DNA from: Octopus sinensis | Lineage: Eukaryota | DNA: 64,000 nt | NCBI RefSeq assembly: GCF_006345805.1 | Contig: NC_042997.1 | Coordinates: 75,082,001 to 75,146,000 of the forward strand | Direction: 5' to 3' | Part shown: in pieces, positions 26,769 through 41,211 of the stretch | Numbering within the stretch: the first letter of the stretch is position 1 | Layout: each line of letters opens with the position of its first letter | Position numbers and translations under genes: made by a program | The notes under the pieces: model-generated | Told to the model about the DNA's origin: nothing | Databases searched by the model: none | Seen by the model: only the letters and a program-made list of their open reading frames with translations

Positions 26769-26992
26769 TTGAGTGCGTGTATCTTTTATCTTTTACTGCG
26801 TTCACTCAGAGGCTGTGGCCATACCGGGGCACCGCCTTTCAGTGTGATTTGGTTGATTGGGTTTTTTTCCGGTATTATTTGTGGTGAAGTAGGGAGATTT
26901 TGTCTCACATAAAAATTCATCCAAACACTTTGCAAATATTCAACTAAACATGGACGTTGTGTTAGAACACAAAATACTGCATTATTTACATT

Positions 26993-27337
26993 GAGATTAC
27001 CTTTTGGCATTAATACTGCTTCTATCTCTATTAATTATTTTAAATAAGCCTACTGACTATTTGCGACAGCAGTGCTTGAGTAAATCATTCGACTTCTATA
27101 TATTGTTGACCGAGAGTTTTGGCTGTTATGTCACTACCAGATATCTGCCACTGAGGAGCCCAAGCAGGGAGAAATCACGTGATCTGGCAGTTCCAGCGGA
27201 CATAGTCGACAATTCTTGGCTGTCAATGATATAAAAACAAGTCCATATGAGAGTTCCTCTCAAGGTAAGCAACACACATATATTAAGTTGGAAATAAAGA
27301 TTGCCTTTTGATAAACTGCTTCTGTCGCTATTAATTA
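26993..27337 (+). mobile_element. ~300-bp HHR-containing monomer with ~45-bp terminal direct repeats (pLTR/retrozyme-like)
   Basis: agatt.ccttttg..a..actgcttct.tc.ctattaatta at 26993-27037 and 27295-27337 brackets an intact HHR. Confidence 0.6.
27145..27190 (+). ncRNA. Intact minimal type-I hammerhead ribozyme
   Basis: ctgcca-CTGAGGA-g-ccc(aagca)ggg-a-GAA-ATCACGTGAT-C-tggcag. 6-bp stem I, perfect 10-nt palindromic stem III, predicted cleavage after C27184. Confidence 0.85.
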
Positions 27338-27749
27338 TATATATATATATATATAACCATTTATCTTCTTTTCAATATAGAAAATAAAATATGGCTTATT
27401 TGGTAATCATAATACGGGAATTAAGAGATATTAATATTATATATTCACTATCTTGGCCCATTTTTAGAAACACTACTTCTTATAAATCTGGAAGTAAATT
27501 GTGTAGATTATATTTGATAGGCAGTATTGAAATCATACATTGTAAAATTAGTACGATTAACCAAGTTGAGGAATTATTAAATAGAAACCCACATAGAAAA
27601 GATGAAAAGTTGAAGTATATAAAAAGTTCACTACGAATTGCAATACATATGTAATGTTTAATACCAAAACCTTGATTTAAAAATTTTTCTCGTGTGAGCA
27701 ATTCTATATATACTTTCATACACGAATATATGTTTGAATCAATATTGAT

Positions 27750-28347
27750 GCATATGTGAGTATATGTGTATATGTATATATGTATGTATACGTATATATA
27801 TGTGGGTGTGTGTATATATATATATATATCATGATGATGGTATATATATATATATGTATGTAGATATATATATGTATGTATGTATATATATGTATGTATG
27901 TATATATATATGTATGTATATATATATATGTATATATATTTGCATGTATATATATATATGTATATATATATATATGTATGCATATATATATATGTATATA
28001 TATATATCTACATATATGTATGTATATATATATGTATCTATATATATATGTATGCATATATATATATGTATATATATATATATACATATATGTATGTCTA
28101 CATATATGTGTATGTATATATATATATGTATGTATATATATATGTATGTATACATATATGTGTATGTATGTATACATATAAATGTATGTATATATATATA
28201 TATATATATGTGTGTGTATGTATATATATATATATGTGTATGTATATATATATATATATGTATATATATGTATGTATATATATATGTATGTATATATATG
28301 TATATATGTATATATGTATGTATATATGTATATAATATATATGTATG

Positions 28348-28378
<31 letters not shown>

Positions 28379-28743
28379 GTATGTATATAATGTATATATG
28401 TATGTATATGTATGTATATATGTATGTATATGTATATATTATATATATATATGTATATGTATATATATATGTTATATATATATATATGTATATATATATG
28501 TATATATATTGTATGTATATATATATATATGTATATATATATGTAGATATATATATGTATGTATATATGTATGTATATATATATATGTATATATATATGT
28601 ATATATATATATATGTATGTATATATATGTATATATATATATGTATATATATATGTATATAATATGTATGTATATATATATATATGTATATATTTAAGTA
28701 TGTATATGCATATATGCATATATATATATGTTATATATATATA

Positions 28744-28795
<52 letters not shown>

Positions 28796-28878
28796 GTATA
28801 TTATATATATATATATAGATATATATGCATATATATATATATATACATTATATATATATAATATATATATATATATGC

Positions 28879-28927
<49 letters not shown>

Positions 28928-28928
28928 C

Positions 28929-28983
<55 letters not shown>

Positions 28984-29085
28984 TATATATATATAATATA
29001 TATATATATATGTATGTATATAGATATATTATATATATATATTATATATATATATATGTATGTATATATATATATATATATGTAT
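27750..29085. repeat. Large (TA)n/(TATG)n low-complexity tract
   Basis: Directly visible. Similar tracts at 3920-4430, 33570-33970, 35000-36070, 39180-39790, 41280-41660, 43730-44295, 50480-51200, 52200-52570, 53450-54250 and 63315-63645. Confidence 0.95.
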
Positions 29086-29187
29086 TAGAAAAAATGAGGT
29101 AATCAGATCGGATGGTTCATATTTAGATATTTATTTATATATTACATTTTTTACATATATATCATATCATTCAGATCATATCATTCG

Positions 29188-29226
29188 GATTAGCGCTTTC
29201 TCCCAATCGAGTGGGCTTTTCAAATC
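29188..29226 (-). ncRNA. Degenerate hammerhead remnant
   Basis: gat-TTGAAAA-g-ccca(ctcgat)tggg-a-GAA-AGCGCT-A-atc. Two core substitutions; stem II and the palindrome are retained. Confidence 0.5.
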
Positions 29227-29763
29227 AAATCAATTCCTTGTGGGTAATTTGAACATTTTATAGTTTCGTAGTAGTGGTGGGGAGGAATAAGACAGTATAA
29301 AAGGGTGAAGAGGAAATGAGACAGAGAAAACATGTGTGTATGTGTATGTGTGTGTGTGTATGTGTGTGTGTGTATGTGTGTGTGTGTGTGTGTGCATTTG
29401 TATCTGATAGGGAAGAAGAAGTATTGTTATTCCGTTGGCCTACTGGACCTCCTGTGGTTTTCTAAGAATTTTGGCTCTGCTCTCTGTCCAGTCTCGTGTC
29501 ACTGTGTGTGTGTTGTGCGTAGGCTGGCCGGACAAATGTCATTTGGGGTCACACTTTCTATGATCGTTTTGTGGAGGTGTGTGTGTGTCCGTGTGTGTTT
29601 TTGTGTGCGTATGTGTGTGTGTGTGTCTCTGTGTGTTTGGAGAAGGAGAGAGAGAAAGAAAGAGAAAAGGGAAAATAAAAATAAAAATAAATATAAAAAT
29701 AAAAAAAATTAAAAATATAAAAATAAAAAAATAAAAAAATAAAATATAAAAAAATAAATAAAA

Positions 29764-29846
<83 letters not shown>

Positions 29847-29850
<4 letters not shown>

Positions 29851-32800
29851 ACACCGCCGGCAACAACGTACACCTCACCTCGATACTCCTACTGAACATC
29901 AGAGGACTGCAAACACTCAGTAACAGGACAAAGATCCCGTTCCTGAGAGACTTTGTTGCATGCAATCAAGCCTTATGCATAGCACTTACAGAAACGCACC
30001 TGAAACCGGACATAGCAGATGCGGAGTTACACATACCACAGTATGCTGTACTACGGACCGACAGAAAGAAAGGAGTCATGGAGGTGTTGCTATGTACATC
30101 CGTGAGGACCTCACACCCCAGGTCCTCTTGTCATACTCAAACTCGGTGTGTGACACACTAATTGTACATATTAGGCAACTTGATGTAGTTGTGTGTGCTA
30201 CATATCGCCCTCCAGATGCCCCAAGCCATGTGGGCAAGTTTGAAGACTGCCTTATAAAAATAGAAGAAATTCTAACCACATTAGAGCAACACATAGGTGT
30301 GCTTCTTATGGGAGACTTCAATCTGCCCAATGTCAGATGGCCCGAGGGCCTTTCTCTCCCAGGAATGACAAGATGTGAACGAGGACAGGCGAGGTCCCTC
30401 CTGAACCTCATCAACACCCTGTACATGGAGCAGGTAATACTCCACCAACCAGGGCAGGTAACACACTGGATCTCTGCTTCACAAATGACATGGATCTCAT
30501 CCATAATGTGAAAGTGACACCGACACTACTCTCGGATCACAACATGATAGAGCTGACCATGTACGGGCCAAAAGAGAGCACGGACATGCAGCCTACAAGA
30601 AACCCTCAAAATCTTTCCAGCTTGAACTACCATAAGGCAAACTGGAAACAAATTGAGAAAGAGATCCTCAAACAAAACTGGCCTAAATGTCTCTCCTCGC
30701 CAGACATCGACGTGAAAACTCAACAATTCATGTCTGTAATGCAAGCCATATGCTACAATGTGTCCCAGAGAGAAAGGCCACTGTACACAAGAACAAAATC
30801 CCCAGAGAGAGGAAAATTTTAATGAGACGGCGTACGAAATTTTCAAATCGCCTAAACAAACAGATTGAAAGCAGTGAAAAGTCCCGCCTAAAAATAAAAC
30901 TGTTGGAATCGAAAATGTCTGCAACTCTCCCATGAAAAAGAAAGAGCAGACAAAGAAGCCTGGGCTATAGAAAACATAAAATCTAACCCCAGAGCTTTCT
31001 ACAGGTATGCCAAAGAAACAGCTACAGTGCACTGTAGAATAGGGCCACTCCTCGAAAAGGATGGCACACTTACAGGAAAACTAATGAGGGTAAGTGAAAT
31101 ACTGAATGAGCAATTCAAGAGTGTTTTCACTCCACCCCTTGGGCATCTCCAAATCACCAATCCAACTGACTTTTTACACTGCAGATATAAAATCAGAGGC
31201 GGCGACGATAGATTACATCGATATAAGGAAGACGATGTAACCAAGGCTATAGATGAAATGAAAACAGACTCAGCTACTGGCCCCGATGGATTCCCGGCAA
31301 TCCTCCTAAAAGCATGTAAGAGAGTCCTAGCAAGACCACTGCAGTTCCTCTTTCAGAGCTTCCTTGCAGCTGGCAAACTTCACGAAAACTGAAGGAAGGT
31401 AAAATATGCCCCATTCATAAAGGAGGTAGCAGAGCGGAAGCCAAGAACTATAGACCTATCTCTCTGACCTCACACATCAGCAAGGTCATGGAAGAATAGT
31501 CAGAAGGAAGCTGATCACCTTCCTTGAAGAGAATGACTTGCTGCCCGACACCCAACATGGTTTCCGACCAGGGAAGCTGTTTAACTCAGCTCCTACAACA
31601 CTATGACTGGGTGCTGAAACGGCTGCTCAACCACTCAAATGTGGAAGTGATATATCTCGACTTTGCAAAGGCCTTGATAAAGTCGATCATGGAATGATAT
31701 GTCACAAACTGCGTGATCTCAACATAGTTGGAAAACTGGGAGAATTGCTTCATGACTTTCTGAAGGATAGAAGTCAGGTGGTAGTAGCCAATGGGGCCAC
31801 CTCCATTAACACACAAATAGTGAGCGGTGTTCCGCAGGGCACTGTTCTGGGACCACTACTGTTCATAATGGCCCTCTCAGACATGCCCTCAGCCACGCAG
31901 AGAGCCACGATCACAAGTTATGCAGATGATACAAAAGTTTCACAGGCAATACAGAACCCTGAGGACACTAAACACCTGCAATGTGAGCTGGACGAAATAT
32001 ACAAGTGGGCTGAAAAGAAGAGCATGCAGTTCAATGCTGGAAAGTTTCAAGCTTATACTATCAGCATGCAAAACTGAATGCAATACCCAATGAATACACT
32101 GGACCCGGAGGGATTGCAATCCCAGAGGCACAATCAGTGCGTGACCTGGGTATTCACATGAGTGATGACGCGACCTTTCATGTACATGTTGCTAAACTGA
32201 CAATGAAATGTAGACGGCTGGCTGGATGGATTCTTAGAACCTTTAGAACAAGAGAACAAAAAACCATGATGGTCCTCTGGAAGACACTTGTCCTAAGCCA
32301 CTTTGACTATTGCTCTCAGCTATGGTCACCATCCAGTGTCAAGTTGATCACAGAACTTGAGGCGATCCAACGAAGCTACACAAAGAAGATAGCCTCTATG
32401 CAGAATGTAAGCTACTGGGAAAGACTCAAGAGATTAAAATTATATTCTCTGGAGCGTAGGCGGGAAAGATATGCCATAATATACATCTGGAAGATCTGGA
32501 GGGAAGTGTCCTGAACTTTGGCATCGAGAGTTACGCAAATGCCAGAACTGGGCACCACTGCGTGGTGCCTAGGACTCCAAACCTGCCATCAAGATGTAGG
32601 ACAAGATCTGTGATAGCCTGGGCTTCCGAGGCCCACACCTCTTCAATATCCTCCCGAAGAACCTGAGAGACCTGCATGGGGTGGATACAGATGTCTTTAA
32701 AATGAAGCTGGATCTCTTCCTGTCAGGTGTCCCAGATGAACCAACTTCACGGCAGGAGGGGCAGATGAGGGCAGCTGCATCGAACTCTCTCATGCACCAA

Positions 32801-32910
32801 ATAGCAGTTGCTAGAAAGCCTCCATGAAGTGAAACCAAGTAGCAACACCAAATGGCGGTGCCCCAGCATGGCCACAGCTCATAAGCTGAAACTAGAATCA
32901 ATCAATCAAT
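29847..32910 (+). mobile_element. CR1-clade LINE, subfamily A, whole ORF2 region (APE plus RT), frameshifted, (CAAT)n tail
   Basis: [64 protein letters not shown]. Tail ggcggtgccccagcatggcc...gaatcaatcaatc. Confidence 0.92.
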
Positions 32911-32916
32911 CATATA

Positions 32917-33049
<133 letters not shown>

Positions 33050-33058
33050 ATATATATA

Positions 33059-33092
<34 letters not shown>

Positions 33093-33093
<1 letters not shown>

Positions 33094-33560
33094 GGTAGAC
33101 TAGAGAAGCTGAAACTGTATTCACTCCACGACGCCGTGAACGCTACATTATCTGTATGATGTGGAAAATATTCCATCAGCATAATCACTGTCCGAATAAT
33201 GTTGGCATCATCTTCAAAATACATCCAAGTCTTGGACCACGTGCCATCCGTCCACAACAAAAATCTAAATCGCATCACATAACGACAATACGGCACAATT
33301 ATTTCACCTCAACTGGACCCGCTCTCTTCAATATTACACCAAGACACGTCAAAACAGAAACTGACTACACAAAATTCAAGAAGTCTTTGGACAAATTCCT
33401 TCAATCAGTCCCGGACACCCCCCCACCCGGATATGTCTCTGGAGACAATAACTCTCTGCTCGAATGGGCCTCGGTGCCCAAATCCTGATTTGAAAGACTT
33501 CGCCAGGTGGAGCTATTAAGTAGACATGGTCTGGGCCAATACTGGCCAAAACTTTTCTAC
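33093..33560 (+). mobile_element. CR1-clade LINE 3' fragment, divergent subfamily
   Basis: [15 protein letters not shown]...MWKI...PNNVG...GPALFNITP...FKKSLDKFLQSVPDTP. Confidence 0.8.
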
Positions 33561-33880
33561 GTTATTCTAAGTTATATATAATGTATATATATGTATGTAT
33601 ATATATATATATATATTATATATAGTATATATATCTATATATATATATGTATATATATATGTATATTATATATGTATATATATACATATGTTATATATAT
33701 GTGTATATATATATATATATGGTATATATATATATGTATTTATAATATATATATATATTGTCTATATATATATGTTATATATATATGTATATATATATGT
33801 ATATATATATATATGTATATATATATATCTATATATATATTCTATATATATATGTATATATATATATGTATATATATATG

Positions 33881-33959
<79 letters not shown>

Positions 33960-33966
33960 TATATGT

Positions 33967-34919
33967 ATATAATATTAATTAGAGACAAAACCACTATTAT
34001 GCAAATCAGTATTGCAGTGTGAATACGTTTATGTATGAATGATTGTATGTGTTTGTGTGTGAGTATGCATTATTAATGTGTAGAAATATTGTCTTTATGT
34101 ATTTGTGTATGTTTAAATATATACGTGTGTGTGTGTTGCTTTACGTATTTATATATGTTTATTACATGCATATAGTATATAGAATATATATGTGTGTGTG
34201 TTTGTTTACGTATTTATATATGTTTATTACAGATATATATAGTATATAGTATTTAATAATATTTTACTAAGAATGAAATATTTCTATAAGTTTGTGGTTG
34301 AGTATCTGCCGCTACTGGATGTTATATTTCCTCTGTGTTAGTATCATGCTGAGAGAATATGTTTATGAATGAGTGATTGTATGTGTGTGTGTGGGAGTAT
34401 GAATAAGTAATGTGTAGAAGTATACGGCTACATTATAAATTTATCTTTGTCTATATGTTTAGGTGTATGTATAGATATATATATGTGTGTGTGAGTTTGT
34501 GTATGTATTTAGATATGTTTATATACATACATGGATATATGTGCATGAGCATGTGTGTATATATATTGTTTATTCTGTTTTTTTGAAATTAGCTATTTCA
34601 TCTTTAAATATGAGAATTTAAATATACTAGGTTTCATTATATACAATCGTTTATAGAAGTTATTTTAGTTCTTGATTTTATATATATTTTCATTGATAAT
34701 TTTATATTTTATATATATTAGTCATTTCAAATTTATACTTAAAAATATTGAATATATTTTAGGTCTTGAAACCACCTGATGAATGTCCATAGAAGTGACA
34801 GAACGATCGTAGTGGATATCTTAATTATATTTAATTTATATAAAAAATTTTATGTATTGGATTAAGTCTTTCTTTTGTTGATTTGCATAATAGTGTTTTG
34901 GCTCTAATTAATATTATAT
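33967..34919 (+). mobile_element. ~950-bp non-coding HHR-bearing element bounded by ~41-bp inverted repeats
   Basis: 33967-34008 is the reverse complement of 34879-34919 with 2 differences. HHR at 34772-34815. Confidence 0.7.
34772..34815 (+). ncRNA. Minimal type-I hammerhead ribozyme (one A missing from GAAA)
   Basis: ccac-CTGATGA-a-tgtc(catagaagt)gaca-GA-ACGATCGT-A-gtgg. Confidence 0.7.
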
Positions 34920-35039
34920 TATATTTACTAAAATTGGATTCAATCCTAAATCTGATTTTTCCCTGTAAATTGGGATTTATTCCCTAATATTTATTATGTA
35001 TATATAAATATATATGTATATATATTATATATAAAATTG

Positions 35040-35087
<48 letters not shown>

Positions 35088-35144
35088 GGTATATATATAT
35101 GTATATTATATGTATATATATATGTCTATATATATATAAGTATA

Positions 35145-35210
<66 letters not shown>

Positions 35211-35399
35211 AATATATATATATATGTATTATATATATAGTATATGTATATATATATCTGTATATATATGTATATATATATATATGTATATTATATTATA
35301 TATATATATGTATATATATATATGTATATATATATATGATGTATATATATATGTATTATATATATGTATATATATATATATATGTATATATATTATATG

Positions 35400-35432
<33 letters not shown>

Positions 35433-35868
35433 GTTATATATATATGTATATATATATATATATATATATGTTATATATATATATATGTATATATAATATA
35501 TATATAGTATATATAAAATATATGTATATATATATGTATATAATGTATATATATATATATATATATGTATAAATATATATGTATTATATGTATATATATA
35601 TATGTATAAATATATATGTATATATATATATATGTATAAATATATATGTATATATTGTATATATATATATGTATAAATATATATGATTGTATATATGTAT
35701 ATATGTATAAATATATATGTATATATATGTATATATATATATGTATAAATATATATGTATATATATGTATATATATATGTATGAATATGTATATATATAT
35801 ATATGTATAATATGTAATATATATTATAGTATAAATATAAATGTATATATATGTATATATCATATATG

Positions 35869-35903
<35 letters not shown>

Positions 35904-35992
35904 GTATATATATATATGTATATATATATATGTATATATATATGTATTATATATATGTATATATATATGTATATATATATATTATATATATA

Positions 35993-36036
<44 letters not shown>

Positions 36037-36071
36037 TTATATATTATATATGTATGTATATATATATATAT

Positions 36072-39000
36072 ATGGGGGAGAACAAAAAGAAAAAATATAA
36101 AAGAATGAAAAAAAGCGCACTGACCACTCCTGAAAGACGATATGCGGATGTGGTGCGCGGTAACCCAACAAATGGCTAGCTTCACCCAGATGTGAGAAGG
36201 GCAGCAGCTGAACAGCAAATTGTTCAGCAGCTGACCTGGCTACAAGCACAAAGCTGGAACTACCACCACATAAGGCCACCACAGACACCAACACACACAC
36301 CACAAAAATATTTCTACTGAACGTAGGAGGGCTGTGCGCGGAAACTGTAAAAGGAAAATCTCGCAGAAACGCATCTCGAACCCGATATAGGTGATGCAGA
36401 AATACACATGCCGCAATATGCAGTCATACGCACAGGTAGAAAAGGGAGAAGCCATGGCGAATTTGCAATGTACATCCGAGATGACCTCACGCCCCAGGTC
36501 CTGTTGTCATATTCAAACTCAGTGTGTGAAACTCAAATTGTACACATAAAACAACTGAATATCGTCATATGCACTACATATCGCCCACCAGATGCGCCAA
36601 ATCATTCAGGCATATTTTGAAGACTGCCTAACAAAAATAGAAGTCCTCACCAACCTTGAACAACACAACAGTGTATTCTTCATGGGTGACTTTAACTTTC
36701 CCAATGTGGAATGGCCTGGGGGGCAGATGCTCCCAGGGATGACACACCATCACCAGGCACAGGCAGAGTCCCTGCTCCATCTCACAAATGCCTCTTTCAT
36801 GGAGAAAATAGTTCTGCAACCAACAAGGGCAGATAATATACTGGATTACTGCCTCACAAACAATATGGATATTATCCATAATGTTAATGTGATGCCGACA
36901 ATGATCTCAGATCACAACATAATAGAGCTGTCTATGTATGGAACAAAAGCCCCCATAATCACACAGTCTATACGAAGCATCCACCATCTCTCCAACTTAA
37001 ACTTTCATAAAGCAAACTGGAAGTTCATTGAGAAAGAGATCCTCAAACAGGATTGGCCTAAATGTCTCTCCACACCGGACATTAACATGAAACACAAACA
37101 CTTCATGTCTATAATACAAGCCATATGTGACAAATATGTCCCAGTGGGCAGGGCCAGCACACACAAAAACAAAAACAGGATCCCTAGAGAAAGGAAGATT
37201 CTTATGAGACGACGGACAAGGATTGCGAACCGCCTGAGCAAGCACACCAAAAGTGGTGAGAAGTCTCGGCTCAAGAGAATGCTAATGGAAATTGAGAAAG
37301 GTCTGCATCTGTCCCAGGAAAAGGAGAGAGCAGATAAAGAAGCTTGGGTAATAGAAAATATAAAATCAAATCCTAAAGCCTTCTTTAATTTTGCCAAAGA
37401 GACAGCCACAGTGCACCAGAGAATAGGACCTCCCTTCCAAAAAGATGGCTCTCTCACTGGAAATCCCACGAAGATAAGTGAAATACTGAACGAACAATTC
37501 CAAAGGGTGTTCACTACACCTCTAGGAAACAGGCAAGTAAACAACCCAGAAGAATTCTTTGCCACTTTACCTGCGGCCAAAGAGGCAAAAATTGAGTACA
37601 TCAACATCGAAGATGATGATATCACACTAGCCATAGATGAGAATGACACAAACTCAGCTGCTGAACCTGATGGATTCCCAGTGATCCTTCTCAAATCGTG
37701 CAAACGAACACTTGCAAAACCGCTACAGCTTCTTTTTCAGAGCTTTCTTGCAAGTGGGAAGCTCCCAGTCAAATTGAATGAGGGGGTAATATGCCCTATG
37801 CATAAGGGAGGAAGCAGAGCAGATGCTAAAAATTATAGGCTTATCTCTCTGACCTCACACATCAGCAAAGTGATGGAACGAAAAGTCCGTAAGAAACTAA
37901 TCATGTTCCTTGAAGAAAATGACTTGTTGTCTGACACCCAGCATGGATTTCGACCAGGTAGAAGTTGCCTAACACAGCTCCTGCAACACTATGACTGGAT
38001 GTTGAAACAGCTACTAAATGGCTCAAATGTGGATGTAATATATCTCGACTTTGCAAAAGCCTTTGATAAAGTCGACCATGGTATGATCTGTCACAAACTG
38101 CGTGGTCTCGGCATAGGCGGAAAACTTGGAGAGTGGCTGCACAACTTCCTAAAAGACAGAAGACAGGCAGTTGTGAGCAATGGAGCCAGCTTCAAGGAAA
38201 CACAAATAACAAGCGGTGTCCCACAGGGCACTGTCTTGAGGCCACTTATGTTCATAGTGGCCCTTTCAGACATGCCTTCAGTCGCTACGATGGCCACCCT
38301 TGCTAGCTATGCAGATGACACAAAAGTCTCCCACACAATACAAAACCCTGAAAATATTGCGCATCTGCAACAGGAGTTGGACACAATATACAGGTGGGCT
38401 GAGGACAACAACATGCAGTTTAATGCAGGTAAGTTCCAGGCCCTGCGCTACCGGCACACAAAGGTAAATGACGTACAGACTGGATACACTGGCCCAGGAA
38501 GAATTGCAATCCCTGAGTCAAAATCAGTGCGTGACCTGGGCATTGAGATGAGCAATGATGCATCTTTCCAAGTGCATATTACTAATCTGGTGATAAAATG
38601 CAGACGACTAGCTGGATGGATTCTCCGAACTTTCAGAACAAGAGAGAAGGAGGCACTGATGGTCCTATGGAAAACATTCCTCCTCAGCCGCTTGGACTAC
38701 TGCTCCCAACTATGGTCACCACACAATATAAAGCTAACAGCAGAACTCGAAGCAATTCAAAGAAGCTACACAAAGAAAATCGTCTCAATGCAAAAAATCA
38801 GCTACTGGGAAAGACTGAAAGTATTAAACCTCTTCTCCCTAGAGCGGGGGCGGGTGAGATATCCGGTGATATACATCTGGAAAATCCTGGAGGGTCTTGT
38901 CCCAAACTTTGGCATTCAAAGTTACCCAAACCGCAGAACGGGGCGCCACTGCATGGTGCCAAAGATTCCAACATCACCATCAAAATACAGGTCCAGATAC

Positions 39001-39180
39001 TGCAACAGCTTGGGTTTCAGAGGACCACAGCTCTTTAACATACTCCCTAAATGCCTGAGAGACTTACATGGTGTGGATGTGGGTTTCTTTAAAACTAAAC
39101 TGGATTCACATATTAGTGTAGCTCATTCAGCGGTGGTGCCCCAGCATGGCCGCGGCCTTCGTCTAGAACATTTTTTAGGA
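36072..39180 (+). mobile_element. CR1-clade LINE, subfamily B, with ORF1 C-terminal remnant
   Basis: RRYADVVRG...AAEQQIVQQLTWLQ (ORF1 end), then APE motifs and the long ORF2. Confidence 0.92.
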
Positions 39181-39189
39181 TATATATAA
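36592..39189 (+). CDS. CR1 ORF2 (partial APE plus reverse transcriptase), 865-aa open frame
   Basis: [73 protein letters not shown]. Confidence 0.9.
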   Translation: MRQIIQAYFEDCLTKIEVLTNLEQHNSVFFMGDFNFPNVEWPGGQMLPGMTHHHQAQAESLLHLTNASFMEKIVLQPTRADNILDYCLTNNMDIIHNVNVMPTMISDHNIIELSMYGTKAPIITQSIRSIHHLSNLNFHKANWKFIEKEILKQDWPKCLSTPDINMKHKHFMSIIQAICDKYVPVGRASTHKNKNRIPRERKILMRRRTRIANRLSKHTKSGEKSRLKRMLMEIEKGLHLSQEKERADKEAWVIENIKSNPKAFFNFAKETATVHQRIGPPFQKDGSLTGNPTKISEILNEQFQRVFTTPLGNRQVNNPEEFFATLPAAKEAKIEYINIEDDDITLAIDENDTNSAAEPDGFPVILLKSCKRTLAKPLQLLFQSFLASGKLPVKLNEGVICPMHKGGSRADAKNYRLISLTSHISKVMERKVRKKLIMFLEENDLLSDTQHGFRPGRSCLTQLLQHYDWMLKQLLNGSNVDVIYLDFAKAFDKVDHGMICHKLRGLGIGGKLGEWLHNFLKDRRQAVVSNGASFKETQITSGVPQGTVLRPLMFIVALSDMPSVATMATLASYADDTKVSHTIQNPENIAHLQQELDTIYRWAEDNNMQFNAGKFQALRYRHTKVNDVQTGYTGPGRIAIPESKSVRDLGIEMSNDASFQVHITNLVIKCRRLAGWILRTFRTREKEALMVLWKTFLLSRLDYCSQLWSPHNIKLTAELEAIQRSYTKKIVSMQKISYWERLKVLNLFSLERGRVRYPVIYIWKILEGLVPNFGIQSYPNRRTGRHCMVPKIPTSPSKYRSRYCNSLGFRGPQLFNILPKCLRDLHGVDVGFFKTKLDSHISVAHSAVVPQHGRGLRLEHFLGYI

Positions 39190-39190
39190 G

Positions 39191-39231
<41 letters not shown>

Positions 39232-39658
39232 GTATATATACATGTATATATATACTTGTTATATATTATATATATATATATATGTATATATAAAAATGTA
39301 ATATATATATGTAAATATATATGTATATATATATATATATGGATATATATATATAATACATATATATGTTATATTATATATTTTATTATATATATGTATA
39401 TATATATATAATATACATATATATGTATATATATATATAATATGTAATAATATATATATATATATATATATATAATTATATATGTCCCCCATGTATATAT
39501 ATAATGTATATATATATGTATAATATATATTATGTATATATATATGTATATATATATATATATATATGTATATAATATATATATGTATATATATATATAC
39601 ACATATATATATATATATATTATATACAATATATATATATATTATATATTATATATAT

Positions 39659-39718
<60 letters not shown>

Positions 39719-39733
39719 ATATATATATATATA

Positions 39734-39764
<31 letters not shown>

Positions 39765-39790
39765 ATATATGACATATATATATATTATAT

Positions 39791-40880
39791 ACACCAATAG
39801 CAAGCGGGGTGCCACAGGGCACAGTCTTGGGACCCTTGCTGTTTTTGGTGGCGCTCTCTGACATGCCCTTGGTAGCACAACAACATCCCTCACTAGCTAT
39901 GCTGATGACACAAAGGTAGCACAGGCAATTAAAAACCCAGCTGATGCTGACCTTTTACAACAAGATCTGGATGCCATATACAAATGGGCTGAAGAAGAAA
40001 ACAACATGCAATTTAATGCTGGTAAATTTCAAGCCTTACAATATCAAGCTGTAAACACATATACATTACAACACAACTATACTGGTCCAGGAGGGATCGA
40101 AATCCCAGTATCGAAATCAATACGGGACCTGGGGATAGACATGAGTGACGATGCATCTTTTTCTTCACACATCGCGAAGGTGGCGACAATGTGCAGACGA
40201 CTCACTGGCTGGATCCTGAGGACATTCCGGACAAGAGACTGCGAGACCATGTTGACACTATGGAGGACATTTGTCCTAAGCCGCCTAGACTACTGCTCCC
40301 AACTGTGGTCACCGCATAGTGTCACACTAACCACAGAGCTTGAGACAATCCAAAGACATTCACCAAGAGGATTTCCCCATGAAAAAAAAACTATTGGGAG
40401 AGGCTTAGGGAACTCAATTTGTACTCCTTGGAACGAAGACGAGAGAGATATGCAGTGATATACATATGGAAAATCCTGGAGGGACTAGCACCAAATTTTG
40501 GAATTGAGAGCTGTTCCAATCCCCGTACAGGACGTCACTGTGTGGTGCCAAAGGTCCCGTCTTCCACATCCAGGGTAAGGAGCAGATACTGTAATAGCCT
40601 GGGGTTCAGGGGCCCTCAGCTGTTCAACAAACTGCCAAGAAAACTAAGAGATCTACATGATGCGGATGTGGACATTTTCAAAAAACATCTAGACAAGCTG
40701 CTTTCCGGGATCCCAGATGAACCCACTGCAAGGTACGAAGGTAACCTAAGGGCAGCACTACAAACTCTCTCTTAGATCAGTGGCCAGCCACGGCAAACTG
40801 GACTTAGAGAGGGTAGCAACAAGGGCGGTGCCCCAGCATGGCCTCAGCCGGATGGCTGAAACAAGTAAAAGAGTAAAAGA

Positions 40881-40881
<1 letters not shown>
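39791..40881 (+). mobile_element. CR1-clade LINE subfamily C, 5'-truncated copy, (GTAAAAGA)n tail
   Basis: Starts at [14 protein letters not shown]. Near-identical to 49390-50480 and 58610-59706. Confidence 0.9.
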
Positions 40882-40949
<68 letters not shown>

Positions 40950-41008
40950 ACCCATGCTAGCATGGAAAACGGACGTTAAACGACGATGATGATGATGATG
41001 ATATATAA

Positions 41009-41056
<48 letters not shown>

Positions 41057-41067
41057 TATATAATATA

Positions 41068-41211
41068 TTTATTTTATAGAAGGAGCTTCTACAGGACTAG
41101 AACTGTTTCATTCAAAATAAATCATCAGGAATCTGGTGACAAGAATAGTTTTGATGATTTCTTTTGAATGAAACAGTTCTAGTCCTGTAGAAGCTCCTTC
41201 TATAAAATAAA
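41068..41211. repeat. ~60-bp-arm hairpin containing an HHR-like core
   Basis: 41068-41117 is the perfect reverse complement of 41162-41211, and pairing continues inward. Minus strand reads CTGATGA-tttattttgaat-GAAACAGTTCTAGTC, but stem I is poor. Confidence 0.85.

Noticed and set aside
27716-29102. Long Y/I/M/C/H-rich ORFs here and in the other TA tracts
   Set aside because: Translations of (TA)n/(TATG)n microsatellites, which lack stop codons in most frames.
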